Below are positions 16,750 to 18,953 of a stretch of DNA of 18,953 bases, in pieces; the stretch's first letter is position 1; the number at the start of each line of letters is the position of its first letter. Source of the stretch: Octopus sinensis (lineage: Eukaryota); contig NW_021824397.1 of NCBI RefSeq assembly GCF_006345805.1, positions 1-18,953 of the forward strand, given 5' to 3'. The notes beneath the pieces are model-generated. The model worked only from the letters and a program-made list of their open reading frames with translations. It searched no databases and was not told the origin of the DNA. The translations under genes and the position numbers were made by a program.

Positions 16750-17293
16750 TTAATCTTTTAGTATTTAAACCAGCCATACCAGGCCCAAATTTCTATCTGT
16801 TTTATGTCCTAACTGACCAGATCAGGCCCATCACACATGTCCTACAATGTCAGTCTAAAAATAAAACAATGATGTCATTGAAATCTCAGGGCTACCAAAC
16901 AATGTTTGATAAGTCGAAAGCACTGTAAATAAAGAAGCATTATACTTGGTAGGTGGAGGCACATGGCCTAGTGGTTAGAGTAGAGGACTCGCGGTCGAGG
17001 GATCGCGGGTTCGAATCTCAGACCGGGTGATGTGTGTGTTTATGAGCGAAACACCCAAGATCCACGCGGCTCCGGCAGAAGGTAATGGCGAAACTTCTGC
17101 TGACTCTTTCGCCCACAACTTTCTCTCACTCTTTCATCCTGTATTTTGCAGCTCACCTGCGACGGACCGGCGTCCCGTCCAGATGGGGAACCTATACGCC
17201 AAGGAAACTGGGAAACCGGCCCTTATGAGCCAGGCATGGCTAGAGAAGGAATAAACAATACTTCATAGAGTAATCTGAATCTTAAAAAGTTAA
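16750..17293. mobile_element. TTAA-flanked MITE (piggyBac-like), degenerate, itself split by a SINE-B
   Basis: TTAA at 16750-16753 and 17290-17293; degenerate inverted ends TTAATCTTTTAGTATT versus TTAACTTTTTAAGATT; excision leaving one TTAA restores colinear SINE-A sequence. Confidence 0.6.
16953..17257 (+). mobile_element. SINE-B with tail type 3
   Basis: A box TGGCCTAGTGG, B box GGTTCGAATCT; shares the body to CAACTTTCTCTCACTCTT (17116-17133), then a tail found nowhere else in the window. Possible TSD ATACTT (16942-16947, 17258-17263). Confidence 0.85.
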
Positions 17294-17789
17294 TCGCCAC
17301 GAGGGCGCTATCGTATAAGCCTCTTGCTGGCATAAGGTACCAGACGATGGAAATGAACCCGGAACCATATGGTTGATCAGGAAATTTTTTTACCACACAG
17401 CCACGCCTGCATCTTGTTGATCTTTCGCAAAATTTTGCATGCTTTTACTGTTCCACTTAAAGATTATCTTTGTAAAGTGCATCTTATCTGGTCTCTTCGC
17501 TTTATCTGAAAATCCCACTCTAAATTTTTTGCCAATTTTCCTTTTAAACTGAATATTTGTGTGCGCACACTGTTATTTTACAACTAGGAAAGAAAAATAT
17601 GAAAACTCGTACGCATACCTGCTTTCTATAATGAGATTGGATTCTTTTTTATTTTATTTTTAATGGAAGTGATATTTTGTACGTAAATTTCCTTCTAGAC
17701 TTTCACGGCAATATATCATGTCCGATGTCTTTATTTATTTATTTATTTACTTATATATTTATTTTCAACTTTATTGTGGAAGCGGTTTC

Positions 17790-17935
17790 CATCCATCCAT
17801 CCATCCATCCATCTAGCTACCCACTCAACCAGCCATCCAGCCATCCAACCATCCGGCCAATCAGCTACCCAGCCAAACAAGTCGTATTTGAATACATACA
17901 TGCAGCCGATGTGTTAGAGGGGAAAAAAAAGAAGT

Positions 17936-18024
<89 letters not shown>

Positions 18025-18358
18025 GTTCTTTCAAACTGTTGCTTCCGTTGCAAACACTGTCAGAACAACACCGTCGACACCGCTGCCACTATAAGTGGAC
18101 ATACATATATACGTACATGCATATACATGCATATATATATATATATATATATATACACGCACACACACATATATATATCCAGGAATACACTCAAACACAC
18201 ATATATATATACATGTATATATGTGTGTGTATATGCATATATATGTATGAATGCGCGTGTTTTTGAGTGTATATATAAAAGCATACACATGTATACATAT
18301 ATACATATATAAATATATATGCATATATAGACTTGTATACATATACACGTATTTATGT

Positions 18359-18403
<45 letters not shown>

Positions 18404-18568
18404 CACACACACATATATGTATATGTATTTTTATATATTCATACATATATATATGCATATGCACACATGCCTACTAAAATATGTATATATGTATATGCAT
18501 GTATGCATATATATATATATGTGTATACACACACACACACACACACACCCACGCACACACACACACAC

Positions 18569-18600
<32 letters not shown>
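17790..18600. repeat. (CCAT)-like, (CTA)n, (TA)n and (CA)n microsatellites
   Basis: Direct inspection; (CTA)n at about 17938-18022. Confidence 0.95.
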
Positions 18601-18804
18601 GCAATAGTAGATCAAGGCCAGCCACTCTCCTAAGCGACCAAGTCCACTCGTGATGTTGGCCTCATTAAATTAAATCAACTGTCATCCGCCATTGCTGCCA
18701 GTGTGATAACAATTGCAACTTTGTACTCAGTCTGTGTGTGTGAGAGAGTAAGTGTGCATACTGGCGCTCAATAACATGTTTATATGTGTGCTTGTATTTA
18801 CCTA

Positions 18805-18953
18805 TTATGTATGTATGTATGTATGTATGTATGTATATGTATGTATGTATGTATGTATGAATGTATGTATGTATGTATGTATGTATTATGTATGTATGTA
18901 TGTATGTATGTATGCATTACGTGTGTATGTGTGTATGTATGTATGTATGTATG
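18805..18953. repeat. (TATG)n microsatellite
   Basis: Direct inspection. Confidence 0.95.

Larger units (their letters stand above)
16020..17412 (-). mobile_element. SINE-A split into three pieces (16020-16315, 16691-16749, 17294-17412) by nested insertions
   Basis: 3' half at 16020-16315; ATATACGACGAGCCTCATTCATTTTC..CACTCAGAACGCT at 16700-16749; TCGCCACGAGG..GCTATCGTATAAG..TGAACCCGGAACCATATGGTTG..TTACCACACAGCCAC at 17294-17405; order matches SINE-A. Confidence 0.75.

Noticed and set aside
852-17412. Recurring conserved motifs that might suggest a CRISPR-like or regularly spaced array
   Set aside because: Spacing and orientation are irregular, and each occurrence is part of a dispersed SINE copy.
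17677-18312. Longest ORF in the track (211 aa) with a poly-Leu stretch resembling a signal or membrane segment
   Set aside because: It strings together (CCAT), (CTA)n and (TA/CA)n arrays and starts at a non-ATG codon in AT-rich DNA.

Overview
Eukaryotic, repeat-saturated, mostly non-coding DNA (intron or intergenic). It is most likely from an Octopus (cephalopod) genome; this rests on recalled similarity of the SINEs and on the microsatellite density, not on a database search. No complete protein-coding gene, rRNA or CRISPR array is supported, and almost all ORFs in the track are translations of microsatellites or SINEs. The window holds about 21 copies or fragments of three tRNA-headed SINE types, given working names SINE-A, SINE-B and SINE-M. 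They may correspond to the described octopus OK/OR1/OR2-type families, but I cannot assign those names. It also holds three RTE-clade LINE relics: a Rex3/Expander-like 3' end at 421-830, a reverse-transcriptase fossil at 4903-7410 split by four insertions, and a C2H2-finger-bearing 3' end at 15412-15756. DNA-type elements are a 405-bp non-autonomous Helitron, a 248-bp Tc1/mariner-type MITE and a TTAA-flanked MITE. I found no evidence for a new multi-gene system. The best leads are modular SINE architecture (one head with three tails; a module and hairpin shared between families), a decayed tRNA-Val plus its trailer fused to a SINE 3' end, multi-level nested insertions, and a phase-compatible pair of candidate exons at 14625-14941.
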